A DNA stretch of 57,081 nt from the NCBI GenBank assembly GCA_022561355.1, contig JADFRJ010000001.1, positions 1-57,081 on the forward strand. The letters are read 5' to 3'. How positions within the stretch are numbered: position 1 is the stretch's first letter; each line of letters begins with the position of its first letter. This stretch comes from Chloroflexota bacterium. GTDB lineage: Bacteria > Chloroflexota > Dehalococcoidia > DSTF01 > RBG-16-68-14. Of this stretch, positions 1 through 9,142 are shown piece after piece. The notes under the pieces are model-generated. The model was not told the origin of the DNA, ran no database searches, and saw nothing but the letters and a program-made list of their open reading frames with translations. The translations under genes were made by a program, and so were the position numbers.

Positions 1-1
1 A

Positions 2-1567
2 CTTCACCCCTGGGCGCTTGCCGTCGACGGCGCCGGAGACATTCTCGTAGCGGACCGCGAGAACTGCCGCATCCGGCGCTTCTCCGTTGGTGGTGCGATC
101 GTATCGATCGCCGGGTCTGAAGGCTGCGGCTCGGCGGGAGATGGAGGGCCGGCGACGCAGGCTTCGCTGTTCTGGCCAAGCGACATCACCTTAGGCGGCG
201 ACGGCTCACTCTACATCGCCGACACGGGCAACTGCCTGATCCGGCGCGTTGACGCGGGCGGGGCCATCAGCACCGTGGCTGGCAGCGGCGTTTGCGCGCC
301 CGGCGGCGATGGCGGTCCTGCCACCAGCGGCGGCGCCTGGCACCCGATGGGCATAGCGTTCGGGAAGCAGGGCGAGTGGTACTTCTCAGAACTGGACACG
401 TGCAAGATACGCCGGGTCGACGCCAGCGGCGTCATTGCTACGTATGCGGGGAACGGCATCTGCGGCCACTTGGGCGACGGCGGGCCTGCCACGGAGGCGC
501 GACTAGGTGATTTTCTGGGCGGGCTTGCTTTTGCTGACGACGGCTCGCTCTATATCGCGGAGGGGTTCAACTGCCGCGTCCGCCGAATCACTCCCGAACA
601 GAACATCGAGACCATCGCTGGCACTGGGGTCTGCGGCTTCTCTGGCGATGGTGGCCCGGCCACTGAGGCGAGCCTTGATCTGGTCTTCGATGTCGCCTTG
701 GACGGAGATGGTGGGCTCTACCTGGCCGGCCCGTTCAACTGCCGCGTGCGACGAATCGACTTGGCAACCGGCATCATCGACACTGTCGTTGGCGACGGGT
801 CCTGCAACTACAACGGTGAGGATGTGCCGGCGCTGGAAGCAGGGGTGGAGCCGTGGGGCGTCGCGGTCGGCCCGGACGGAGCGCTCTATCTGGCCGATTC
901 GGGTAACGGCAGGGTGAGGCGAGTGGGCGCGGAGGGGCGTGTCTCCACGGTAGCCGGCGGCAGCGAATTCTGCGAAGCGAACGAGGGTGACGGCCGTCCG
1001 GCGACCGAGGCGCGGCTGCTGGCGCCCTACGACGTGGTGCTGGACACGAGCGGCAATCTTTACGTGACTGATCTGCGAGGCTTCACTGTTCGTAAGGTGG
1101 ATTCCCTGGGGATCATCACCACTGTCGCCGGCGTCGGCATCTCTCGTCCAATCGACAACGGTGGAACTGACCCCTCGAACGGTTTCTTCTGCTCGATACA
1201 CAGCCTGCCGGTACCGGCGCCATCGTATCTGGGCGATGGCGGCCCGTCTGACGAAGCTGGCCTGTACTTCCCCTACAGCATCGCGCTCGATCCCGAAGGA
1301 GATCTCTACATCGCCGATACGTTTGACCATCGAGTGCGCCGCATCGCCTGCGGTGGCGCTGTGCCCTGCGCTGAGCCGGTAGCGTCGGCCGGCGCGACGG
1401 TGAAGGAGACGCCACCCGTGGCGTTGCCGGAGACAGGCGAGCCCAATCAGCCGTATGGCGGGGTCTCGTTGGCAGGGCTGGCAGCCCTGCTTGGCGCGTC
1501 GCTCGTGCTGTTGGCGGCCCTGGTGGGCCTGCGCCGGCGGGGGGACAGTCGAAGCAGGTTCCTATAG
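2..1567 (+). CDS. NHL-repeat cell-surface protein, 5' end cut by the window edge, with a C-terminal LPXTG sortase anchor
   Basis: Frame 2 is open from the window edge. It contains repeated units of the form GDGGPATEA.L..P.G.A.D..G.LYIAD..N.R.RR(I/V), typical of NHL beta-propeller blades. The C-terminus has LPETG (1424-1438), then a hydrophobic stretch, then RRRGDSRSR, which is a sortase sorting signal. Confidence 0.8.
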   Translation, partial: LHPWALAVDGAGDILVADRENCRIRRFSVGGAIVSIAGSEGCGSAGDGGPATQASLFWPSDITLGGDGSLYIADTGNCLIRRVDAGGAISTVAGSGVCAPGGDGGPATSGGAWHPMGIAFGKQGEWYFSELDTCKIRRVDASGVIATYAGNGICGHLGDGGPATEARLGDFLGGLAFADDGSLYIAEGFNCRVRRITPEQNIETIAGTGVCGFSGDGGPATEASLDLVFDVALDGDGGLYLAGPFNCRVRRIDLATGIIDTVVGDGSCNYNGEDVPALEAGVEPWGVAVGPDGALYLADSGNGRVRRVGAEGRVSTVAGGSEFCEANEGDGRPATEARLLAPYDVVLDTSGNLYVTDLRGFTVRKVDSLGIITTVAGVGISRPIDNGGTDPSNGFFCSIHSLPVPAPSYLGDGGPSDEAGLYFPYSIALDPEGDLYIADTFDHRVRRIACGGAVPCAEPVASAGATVKETPPVALPETGEPNQPYGGVSLAGLAALLGASLVLLAALVGLRRRGDSRSRFL

Positions 1568-2770
1568 CTCCTCGGCGGCTCTAAGCGAAACCACCTCGTT
1601 CGTTCCGTCCATAATCTGCAGTAGCTTGGCGTCGCGGTAGAATTTCTCGACCGTGTTCTCCTTGGAGATGCCGTAGCCGCCGAACACCTGCACCATATCG
1701 GCCGTGACCTGCATCGCCATGTCGCTCGCGAAGGTGCGGGCCGCCATGGCCGTGGGCAGGTGCGGCTTACCCGTGTTCAGCAGCCACGAGGACTTCCAGA
1801 GAAGCGCCCGGGCGGCCTCGATCTGCCGGAACGCGTTGAACAGCTTCATCTTAATCACTTGGTGGTCGAAGATCACCTTGTCGCCCTGCACGCGGTCCTT
1901 CGCGTAGACGAGCGCCTCTTCATAGGCGGCTCGCGCTACCCCAACCGCGAGCGTGCCGACGGCGGTGTTCCCGCCGGTCACAATCCGCTCGATCAGCAGC
2001 TTGTAGGCGGGCCCGCCGGGCATCACGAGGAACTCCTTAGGGATGTGGACGTCGTCGAAGAAGACTTCGCTCTGGTTGAGCGTCCGGAGACCCAGCTTAT
2101 TCAGCGGCTTGCCTCGCGACATGCCCGGCAGGTCGCCCGGGATAGCAAAGGTCGCGGTGCCTTCCATGCCATCGGCCCCGCCATCCGCACCGTCCAGCCT
2201 CACCATCAGCAGGAAGGCGTCCGCCATCCAGCCATTGCTGACGAACGCCGACTTCTGGCCGTTCACCACGTAGTGGTCGCCGTCTCTCACAGCGGTCGCG
2301 TCCATATGGATGGCGGGCTGTCCGAACTGGAAAAGGTCGGAACCGTGCTGCGGCTCGGTGATTGCCCACGCGCCGCCATGTTCGCCTTTCGTATCGTTGA
2401 CGAACGCGTCCAGATATTCGCCATAGAACGGGTGCCTGTCCTTAGCCGCCGCCGCGCTGCCCGCAATCATGGGAGCAACCAGCAGATGGCTGGCGATCCC
2501 AGCATCGCCGACCGCAAGCTCCTCCTGCACAATCGTGCTCGTCATGGCGGGCGCTCCCAATCCGCCCACGTCGCTACCGAGGGTCATCTTGTGGAAGCCA
2601 ATCTCGTACGCTCTGGACAGCACGCTCCGCATGGTGTCGCTGGCGTAGGCCTCTTCAGGGTCCTGGATCAGATCGAGTTTCGCGGCTGCTGGACGCAACT
2701 CCTTCTGCGCGAACTCTCGCGTCATGTCGCGGATCTTCTCGACTTCCTCGGGAAGGGCGAAATCTACCAT
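1562..2770 (-). CDS. acyl-CoA dehydrogenase family protein
   Basis: 402 aa with the typical ACAD length and layout. The C-terminal segment is QVFGGYGISKENTVEKFYRDAKLLQIMDGTNEV. An AGGAGG RBS lies upstream of the ATG. Confidence 0.88.
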   Translation of the reverse strand: MVDFALPEEVEKIRDMTREFAQKELRPAAAKLDLIQDPEEAYASDTMRSVLSRAYEIGFHKMTLGSDVGGLGAPAMTSTIVQEELAVGDAGIASHLLVAPMIAGSAAAAKDRHPFYGEYLDAFVNDTKGEHGGAWAITEPQHGSDLFQFGQPAIHMDATAVRDGDHYVVNGQKSAFVSNGWMADAFLLMVRLDGADGGADGMEGTATFAIPGDLPGMSRGKPLNKLGLRTLNQSEVFFDDVHIPKEFLVMPGGPAYKLLIERIVTGGNTAVGTLAVGVARAAYEEALVYAKDRVQGDKVIFDHQVIKMKLFNAFRQIEAARALLWKSSWLLNTGKPHLPTAMAARTFASDMAMQVTADMVQVFGGYGISKENTVEKFYRDAKLLQIMDGTNEVVSLRAAEEL

Positions 2771-2907
2771 CGCTGGCCTCCTTGATGAGCACAGGGTCCG
2801 ACAGGATGTAGGCTACGCTTGTTGTCGCAGGCTACCTAGTGCCAGGGCGCCCTCATTCGAAGGTCAAATGGCCCTGCCATGGAATTGGATAGACACGAAA
2901 AAACGGT

Positions 2908-4422
2908 TTAGACCACGCCCTCGCGAATCCACTCGCCGGCCCGTTCGCCGATCATGACTGAGGTCAGATGGATGTTGGCCCGTGGACAGTTCGGCATCAC
3001 CGAGGCATCCGCTACGAACAGGTTGTCGAATCCGCGCACCCGCAGGTGCTGGTCGACGACGCCCATGGGATCGCCGGCGGGCGCCATCTTGGCGGTGCAA
3101 CTCGGATGAAAGCCGCTCGACGCGAGGCTCCTGCACCAATCCGCCAGCGCATCGTCATCGAGAATAACAGCGGTGTCCGGTGCCTTGACGCCATCCGACA
3201 AGTGTTCGAATTCCGGGTGCGAGCCGATTTCCAGGCCGAGGCGCACGCCCGCAACGAGCCGCCGGACATCTTCATCGGCTTTGAGGAACCGTTCGTCGAT
3301 CCTCGGCGGTACGTGCGGATCGGCCGATTGCAGTGTGAGGCGGCCACGCGACTTCTGCCGGTAGATGACAGTGCCGATCGCATACACCAGCCTGCCCGAT
3401 CGGGTCGCGAGTTGGGAGACGGGCATGAGTTGCATGTCGTTTCGTTCCTGGCCACCGGTCGAGGTGTACCGATACGTCGACTGGACGACTGGATCGTTCC
3501 TCTTCAGCAGTCCATCCTTGGCAGCAAACGTGACACCCAGCATCGGATGGTCGTCAAGGTTCTCGCCCACCCCGGGCAGGTCTGCCACCACGTCAATGTC
3601 CAGTTCTCGCAGGTGCGCCGCCGGGCCGATGCCGGACCGCATCAAGACCGCGGGCGATCCGATCGCCCCGCAAGCCAGCACGATGCGATCGCCTGTGATC
3701 ACCTCTGACCCGCCGCTCGTCTCGACCTCCACGCCGGTCGCCCGAGACCCGTCCGTGACGATTCGCCGAACGAGACACTCTCCCTTGATCGACAGGTTCG
3801 GCCGCTTCCTCGCCGGTTCGACGTAGCAGATGGCGACGCTCATCCGGCGGCCGTCCAGCTTGTTCATCGGATGAAAGCCGAGCCCCGCCGATTGTGGATG
3901 GTTGTTGTCGGGCGTCTCCTCGTAGCCGAGGGCCCGCATTGCCCGGACAAAGGCCGCCTGCACGGGCACGAGCTCTGCTTCGGTATGGCGCCGCACGGGG
4001 ATCGGCCCGTCTTGGCCGTGGAACTCGTTGTCGAAGTCGAGGTCACGCTCCAGGCGGCGAAAGTAGGGGAGCACCTTCTCCCATGACCACTCATCGTTGC
4101 CGAGCGATGCCCATTCGTCGTAGTCTTCGGGCGCGCCGCGCAGAGCGATCGCGGTGTTCACGGCCGACGAACCGCCGACGACCTGGCCGGCCGGCAACGG
4201 CACCACGCGCCCCGCGACGTTCGCCGTCGCTTCGTAGCCCCAGTCATGCGCGAAGTAAGAGTTCTCGTTGCCGTTCAAGAGGTCCGCCGGCGTCTGCGAC
4301 GCCGTCGCATAGTGCGGCCCGGCTTCCAGGAGAAGCACCGATAGGCTGCTATCCTCCGAAGCGCGAACCGCGGTGACGGCCCCGCCTGCTCCCGCGCCGG
4401 CAACGATCACGTCGTAGTGCAA
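2908..4422 (-). CDS. GMC-family FAD oxidoreductase (choline dehydrogenase / cholesterol oxidase-like)
   Basis: N-terminal YDVIVAGAGAGGAV dinucleotide fold. 504 aa. C-terminal GMC signature region HPSCTAKMAPAGDPMGVVDQHLRVRGFDNLFVADASVMP. TTG start preceded by GAGGAGAGG. Confidence 0.88.
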   Translation of the reverse strand: MHYDVIVAGAGAGGAVTAVRASEDSSLSVLLLEAGPHYATASQTPADLLNGNENSYFAHDWGYEATANVAGRVVPLPAGQVVGGSSAVNTAIALRGAPEDYDEWASLGNDEWSWEKVLPYFRRLERDLDFDNEFHGQDGPIPVRRHTEAELVPVQAAFVRAMRALGYEETPDNNHPQSAGLGFHPMNKLDGRRMSVAICYVEPARKRPNLSIKGECLVRRIVTDGSRATGVEVETSGGSEVITGDRIVLACGAIGSPAVLMRSGIGPAAHLRELDIDVVADLPGVGENLDDHPMLGVTFAAKDGLLKRNDPVVQSTYRYTSTGGQERNDMQLMPVSQLATRSGRLVYAIGTVIYRQKSRGRLTLQSADPHVPPRIDERFLKADEDVRRLVAGVRLGLEIGSHPEFEHLSDGVKAPDTAVILDDDALADWCRSLASSGFHPSCTAKMAPAGDPMGVVDQHLRVRGFDNLFVADASVMPNCPRANIHLTSVMIGERAGEWIREGVV

Positions 4423-4557
4423 CTGCCCATCCTCTCCTCAATCAGCATGCCTCTGCCCATCCACAGCGCGCAGCCATCCGGCTCGCTTTGACTAAGAGCG
4501 GGCCGCAGACGGCCTGCACCAAAGGGAGGGGGCCGCCTGCGGCCCAAGTGGCCACGC

Positions 4558-4627
4558 TGTTAAGTTTAGTTCCTGTGATGGAACGTCGCACGTGCCTTAA
4601 AGCCTCGAAAGGACGGGCCATTCGGCC
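4558..4627 (-). promoter_or_regulatory. candidate operator/promoter composite (Box1 GGGCCATTCGGCC at 4615-4627 plus a TAAACTTAAC-type box at 4558-4570), oriented toward the GMC gene
   Basis: Same box order and a shared CTTTAAGGC spacer as the inverted copy at 4860-4907. Box1 recurs in five other intergenic regions of the window. Confidence 0.35.
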
Positions 4628-4859
4628 ATAGTACACAGCGCGTAGTAGACGCAGGCTGGCCCGCACCACTCATCCACGCGCAGCGGCTTGCTCATGGTGG
4701 TTGAATGAACGCCGCCTGGTAGTAGTAGTCGCCGGCTCCCGAGTCTGTACGTCTAGCTGCCAAACATCAGACCACTCTCTGCGCCGCCATTCCGCGCCAC
4801 TTCTTTCACGGAGCCAGTCGCGCATGGTTCCCGCGGGAGGCCCTTCAACCCCCAATGAC

Positions 4860-4907
4860 GTGCCATATGGCCCTTTAAGGCTTAACTTAGCAAGCGCTAG
4901 GTTAAGG
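4860..4907 (+). promoter_or_regulatory. candidate operator/promoter composite upstream of the FAD/SCP2/A1 operon (degenerate Box1 at 4860-4873, Box2 CTTAACTTAGCAAGCGCTAGGTTAAGG at 4881-4907)
   Basis: Box2 aligns by eye with 35181-35209 (CTAACTATGTTAGCGAGCGCTAGAATAGG) and with the reverse complement of 28713-28740. It lies 37 nt upstream of the GTG start at 4945. Confidence 0.4.
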
Positions 4908-4944
4908 GGCGGAAGCCAGGTAGCTATCTGAGAGGGGTCATGCC

Positions 4945-6531
4945 GTGAGCGACGCCACATTCGATGCGGTCATCATCGGGGCAGGCCACAACGGGCTTTC
5001 GTTGGGCACGTACCTATCCAAGTGCGGCTGGGATGTAGCGATATTCGAGAAGCGCACTGAAGAGGGCGGCGGCCTCTGCACGGAAGAGCTGACGCGGCCC
5101 GGCTTCCTCCACAACGTTCACTGCAACTACCACACGCTGGTCGGCGTCTGTCCGGTGTACGAGGATCTGGATCTGTACGACCACGGCCTGGAATACGTGC
5201 GGCCGGAGGTGCAGATGGGAAGCGTCTTCAAGGACGGCACCGCGATCACCGTGCATACGGACATCGATAAGACGTGCGCTTCGTTCGCGCGATTCTCGGA
5301 GAAGGACGCGGAGACCTTCCGGCGGCTGCACGATGAGGTGAAGGGTTACCTGGACTTGATCCTGAGTACGTTGATGTACTCTCCGCCCATCCCGCTGGTC
5401 GATATCACGAAGGCGCTCGTCGTCTGGAAGATCACCGACAAGGCGGAGTTTCTGAGCGTCCATCTGCGGAACATGACGATCAACGAGTTCCTGGACGAGC
5501 ACTTCGAGAACGACAAGGTGAAGGCGATGCTGGCCTTTCAGGCGGCCATCTCCGGCTACGCGACGGACCTGAGGGGGCTCGCGGTGTCGTTCCCGCTGCT
5601 TGTGGGGAAGATGGACAACTGGCACGTCTGCATTGGCGGTTCTCATCAGCTCGCGCACTCCCTCTGGGAGGCGTTCGCGCATGCGGGCGGGAGCGTGTTC
5701 CTCAACACACCTGTCGCGGCGATTCTGACCGACAACGGCAAAGCGACAGGCGTGCGCCTCTTCGATGGGAGCGAAGTGAAGGCGCGGCACGTCGTCGCCA
5801 GCACGATCGATTTGGAGCAGACTTTCCTGAAGATGCTCCCGCGTGAGAAGTTGGACCCGGACCTGGTGAAGCATGTGGAGGAGTACTCGCACATGGACTG
5901 GTCCTACTACAGCGTGCATCTGGCGATGAGCGAAGCACCGCAGTACGAGGCGGCCTCGTTCGACCCTGACATCCAGCAAGCCTGGGTGCTCAACGCTGGC
6001 TATGAGTCGCTCAATGACCTGACCCAGGATTGGAAGACCGTCCGCGCGGGCAAGCTGGCCGATCCCAAGCCGAACTGCGCCGTGAACTCGCTCTTCGATC
6101 CAACCGATGCGCCCGATGGATCGTTTACGGGTCTCATGCGCCAGTTCGCCCCGATCGAGATCGGGAGCGGCGGTATGGAGGCGTGGGACGAGATGGCCGG
6201 CCCATACGGAGAGCGGTGCATAGACGCTTGGGCGTCTTACGCTCCCAACATCAGAGACGCAACGATCGAATGGCAGCCTTACACGCCGCTCGACATCTCG
6301 CGGCGGATGGTGAACATGGTCCGTGGCGACTGGATGGGCGGCATGATCGACTTGGACAACTTGCTCACGGAGCGGCCGACCCCAGAGCTTTCGCAGTACA
6401 AGACACCGTTCGAGGGTCTGTACTTGTGCGGGGCCACCCAGCATCCGCACGGCTTCATCACGTTCGCGCCGAGCTACAACGCGCTGCAAGTGATCGCAGC
6501 CGATCACGGATTGGATCGATGGTGGCAATGA
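4945..6531 (+). CDS. CrtI/phytoene-desaturase-like NAD(P)/FAD-dependent oxidoreductase (copy 1)
   Basis: N-terminal FDAVIIGAGHNGLSLGTYLSKCGWDVAIFEKRTEEGGG (GxGxxG followed by E..GG). 528 aa. Paralogous to 7048-8661 along its whole length. Confidence 0.85.
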   Translation: MSDATFDAVIIGAGHNGLSLGTYLSKCGWDVAIFEKRTEEGGGLCTEELTRPGFLHNVHCNYHTLVGVCPVYEDLDLYDHGLEYVRPEVQMGSVFKDGTAITVHTDIDKTCASFARFSEKDAETFRRLHDEVKGYLDLILSTLMYSPPIPLVDITKALVVWKITDKAEFLSVHLRNMTINEFLDEHFENDKVKAMLAFQAAISGYATDLRGLAVSFPLLVGKMDNWHVCIGGSHQLAHSLWEAFAHAGGSVFLNTPVAAILTDNGKATGVRLFDGSEVKARHVVASTIDLEQTFLKMLPREKLDPDLVKHVEEYSHMDWSYYSVHLAMSEAPQYEAASFDPDIQQAWVLNAGYESLNDLTQDWKTVRAGKLADPKPNCAVNSLFDPTDAPDGSFTGLMRQFAPIEIGSGGMEAWDEMAGPYGERCIDAWASYAPNIRDATIEWQPYTPLDISRRMVNMVRGDWMGGMIDLDNLLTERPTPELSQYKTPFEGLYLCGATQHPHGFITFAPSYNALQVIAADHGLDRWWQ

Positions 6532-7055
6532 CAGACTCCTTGTCCGCAAACGGGATCGTGCCGGTCAGGGCAGTGGCTGGCGATGAGGCTAGCGGACTGG
6601 CGAACATTATCGCCCAGTATCTGGAGCAGATATTGAACGAATCGGCGGAAAAATGCGCCGAGGCGTTATCGCTCCGAGGCCGGCTCGGCCTGCGTGCGCG
6701 GGAGGGCGACGTCGCCGTGACGATCGTATTCGATGGCGAAGACGTCGCGATCGAGGAGGGCCTGCAGGACCCGGATGCCGTAATCGGCGGAGATATCGAA
6801 TTTCTGATGCACATCATGGCTGGCAGGGCTAACCCGGCGTGGGAGATGCTCAGCCGCAACATAACGATCCAGCCGGGACGGCGGCCGCTGTTTGCCTATC
6901 AGGCCTACAGCCTGATGCGGCTGCCAGGTGTTCACGTATGGAACGGCATGCCGCGCCCGCCAACAGGCCTCCTGGTGGGCGCGGCAGCCGCGTTGGTGGC
7001 CGGGCTATCGATCAGGTATGCCCGGCGCAGAGAAGCAGGAGGTGAGGATGCCTGA
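6519..7055 (+). CDS. SCP2 (sterol carrier protein 2)-like domain protein with a C-terminal hydrophobic tail anchor
   Basis: I trimmed the 341-aa track ORF to the ATG at 6519 (an alternative ATG is at 6528), because the upstream part overlaps the FAD gene out of frame. SCP2-like core: VTIVFDGEDVAIEEGLQDPDAVIGGDIEFLMHIMAGRANPAWEMLSRNITIQ. The C-terminus GLLVGAAAALVAGLSIRYARRRE looks like a tail-anchor helix. Confidence 0.6.
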   Translation: MVAMTDSLSANGIVPVRAVAGDEASGLANIIAQYLEQILNESAEKCAEALSLRGRLGLRAREGDVAVTIVFDGEDVAIEEGLQDPDAVIGGDIEFLMHIMAGRANPAWEMLSRNITIQPGRRPLFAYQAYSLMRLPGVHVWNGMPRPPTGLLVGAAAALVAGLSIRYARRREAGGEDA

Positions 7056-8661
7056 GGCAACGTACGACGCGGTGATCATTGGCGCGGGCCACAACGGCCT
7101 CACCTTGGCTGCGTACCTCGCCAGGTCAGGATTGTCCGTTGGGATCTTCGAACGCCGTCACGAGGATGGTGGCGGCGTGAACACGGAAGAGGCGACCGTC
7201 CCCGGCTTCCACCACAACCTTCATGCCCAGTACATGGAGTTCATCGACTACATGCCGGTCTACCACGACTTCGAGTTGGAGAAGTGGGGCGCCCGGATGA
7301 TCTATCCGGACACGCAGTTGGGCATCACGTTCGCTGATGGCCGGCCGCCGATCGTCATCTACCGGCCCGACCCTGAGCTGGACAAGAAGACCCACAAGAG
7401 CATCTCCGAGTACTCCAGGCACGATGCGGATACATGGCTGGAGCTGAAAAACAAAGTGATGGCGAAAGAGCACCAGATGGCAGCGACGCTCTACAGTCCA
7501 GCGGAGGCCGAGGACAGCGCTGAGGCGTCGGCGGGCATGATGAGCGCGGGTCTCGATCTCTGGCAGGACCTAGGCCTCACGATGAACGACATCGGTAAGG
7601 CGCCGAAGGTGCTGATCGATCGCTTCTTCGAGTCGACCGAGTTGCGGGCGTTGCTGTACCGCCAGTGCATCGAGTGGGGGGCGAACGTGCACTCCGGCAA
7701 CGGATACGGGTTCCTGGTCTCTGTCCTCTGGCTGAGCGCGATCCACAGGATGGTCGTCGGCGGTACGCATTCGCTGGCACACGCCATGGCAAACGCCGCC
7801 ATGAAGGCGGGCGCGTGCATGCGCTTCACAAGCCCGGTGGTCAAGATCCTCCTGGACGACGGTCGCGCGACAGGCATCCAGCTCAAGGATGGCACGAAGA
7901 TCAAGGCGCGCAAGCTGGTCGCCTCGAACGTAGACCCCAAGCAAACGTTTGTGGACTTCATCGGCGAGGAGAACCTGGAGCCGTTCCGCAAGGAGCGGCT
8001 GGCCGGGTGGCACTTCGGTCCGGAGCACGTTCTGGGCACGCCGTCGTTCGCGCTTCACGAAGCGCCGGACTACAAGTCCGCGAAGTGGAACGAGGACATC
8101 AACCGCTGCTTCTACACCCTTGTGGGCTTTGAGTCGGCGGAGCAGATTTCCGATTACATCCTGCAGGCATACGGCGGTCAGATACCGGACCGGCCGGGCG
8201 CGGGCACGTGGGTGAACTCGCTCTGGGACCCCACGCAGGCGCCGGCGGGCAAGCACGCCATGAACGGCTGGTTCTTCTTCCCGAGGGCGTCTTGTCTCAG
8301 TGAAGAAGAGTGGGACGACATCCGTGCTACGTACAACGACAAGTTTCTGAAGCTCTGGGAGGAGTACGCGCCGAACATGACGCGGGACAACGTCATCGCG
8401 GACCGGCTGTACACGGCCTTCGACATCGAGAAGAAGATGGGGATGCCCGAGGGCGACTTCTCCCACGGCCGCTCGGGCGGTATCGGCGTCGGTATGCCGC
8501 GTGGATACCAGTACCGGACGGAGTTTCCGGGTCTGTACCTCTGCGGTGCTTCCGCCGGTGGCGGGGGCGTCAGTGCCGCTCCTGGCTACGGCTCATTCAA
8601 AGTGATCTGCAAAGACCTTGACCTGCCAAAGATCTGGAAGCGGGAATCGCGGGCCTATTAA
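7048..8661 (+). CDS. CrtI/phytoene-desaturase-like NAD(P)/FAD-dependent oxidoreductase (copy 2)
   Basis: The start was moved to the ATG at 7048, which follows AGGAGGTGAGG. N-terminal YDAVIIGAGHNGLTLAAYLARSGLSVGIFERRHEDGGG. Paralog of 4945-6531. Confidence 0.85.
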   Translation: MPEATYDAVIIGAGHNGLTLAAYLARSGLSVGIFERRHEDGGGVNTEEATVPGFHHNLHAQYMEFIDYMPVYHDFELEKWGARMIYPDTQLGITFADGRPPIVIYRPDPELDKKTHKSISEYSRHDADTWLELKNKVMAKEHQMAATLYSPAEAEDSAEASAGMMSAGLDLWQDLGLTMNDIGKAPKVLIDRFFESTELRALLYRQCIEWGANVHSGNGYGFLVSVLWLSAIHRMVVGGTHSLAHAMANAAMKAGACMRFTSPVVKILLDDGRATGIQLKDGTKIKARKLVASNVDPKQTFVDFIGEENLEPFRKERLAGWHFGPEHVLGTPSFALHEAPDYKSAKWNEDINRCFYTLVGFESAEQISDYILQAYGGQIPDRPGAGTWVNSLWDPTQAPAGKHAMNGWFFFPRASCLSEEEWDDIRATYNDKFLKLWEEYAPNMTRDNVIADRLYTAFDIEKKMGMPEGDFSHGRSGGIGVGMPRGYQYRTEFPGLYLCGASAGGGGVSAAPGYGSFKVICKDLDLPKIWKRESRAY

Positions 8662-8671
8662 GGAGTGCGCC

Positions 8672-9142
8672 ATGGCCGAGATCTACACGACCGCCTGGTA
8701 CGACAGCATGAAGGAGATCCTCAACGCGAGCGATGAGGTGACGAAGAGCGCGCCGAAAGGCATCTGGAACATTCTGGCGGAAATCCACGGCGACGGCACT
8801 TCCCCATACATCGCCGTTGATGACGTCAAACGCTTCGCGATCGTGCTCGATAACGGAAAATGCGAGAGCTATCAGGAGCTAACAGAGGCGCCGGCGCGGA
8901 AGGATTTCGAGTTCATCCTGGAGATGCCCGCCAGCCTCTTCGAGCGTGTCGTCGCCAACCAGGCCGACCCGCTTGAGGCCGGGCTCAAGGGCGACGTGAA
9001 GATCGTGGGCGACATGCGTGTGCTGATCCAGAACGCCGAACTGGTGAGCATTCTCGCGGACATCTACCAGCGCGAAATCGAGACGGAATGGCCTAACGGC
9101 GCCCCTCCATACGACGCGGCGCCGGCGGGAGGTGCCTCATGA
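8672..9142 (+). CDS. SCP2 sterol/lipid-binding domain protein (soluble)
   Basis: ATG at 8672 after AAGGAG. The SCP2 hallmark segment is DFEFILEMPASLFERVVANQADPLEAGLKGDVKIVGDMRVLIQ. The stop overlaps the A1 start (ATGA at 9139-9142). Confidence 0.7.
   Translation: MAEIYTTAWYDSMKEILNASDEVTKSAPKGIWNILAEIHGDGTSPYIAVDDVKRFAIVLDNGKCESYQELTEAPARKDFEFILEMPASLFERVVANQADPLEAGLKGDVKIVGDMRVLIQNAELVSILADIYQREIETEWPNGAPPYDAAPAGGAS

Noticed and set aside
4423-4944. Small ORFs in the 522-nt divergent spacer (4442-4669, 4670-4960, 4701-4931), and the idea that Box1 (4615) and Box2 (4881) were split by an insertion of about 250 nt or a MITE
   Set aside because: The ORFs have no RBS or recognisable motifs, and their composition is skewed. 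The insertion idea became unnecessary once I found a second, inverted Box1-like site at 4860-4873 adjacent to Box2. The spacer simply carries two inverted composite elements, one per divergent gene. The central 230 nt or so remain unexplained.
5014-6549. Long antisense or alternative-frame ORFs throughout the window, for example 5014-6549(-), 1760-2785(+), 10270-11820(-), 16442-18436(-), 20626-21699(-), 22691-24055(-), 38538-39464(-) and 41001-41807(-)
   Set aside because: They are Arg/Pro/Gly/His-rich with low complexity, as expected for shadow ORFs in high-GC DNA. Each fully overlaps a gene that has strong family motifs on the other strand or in another frame.
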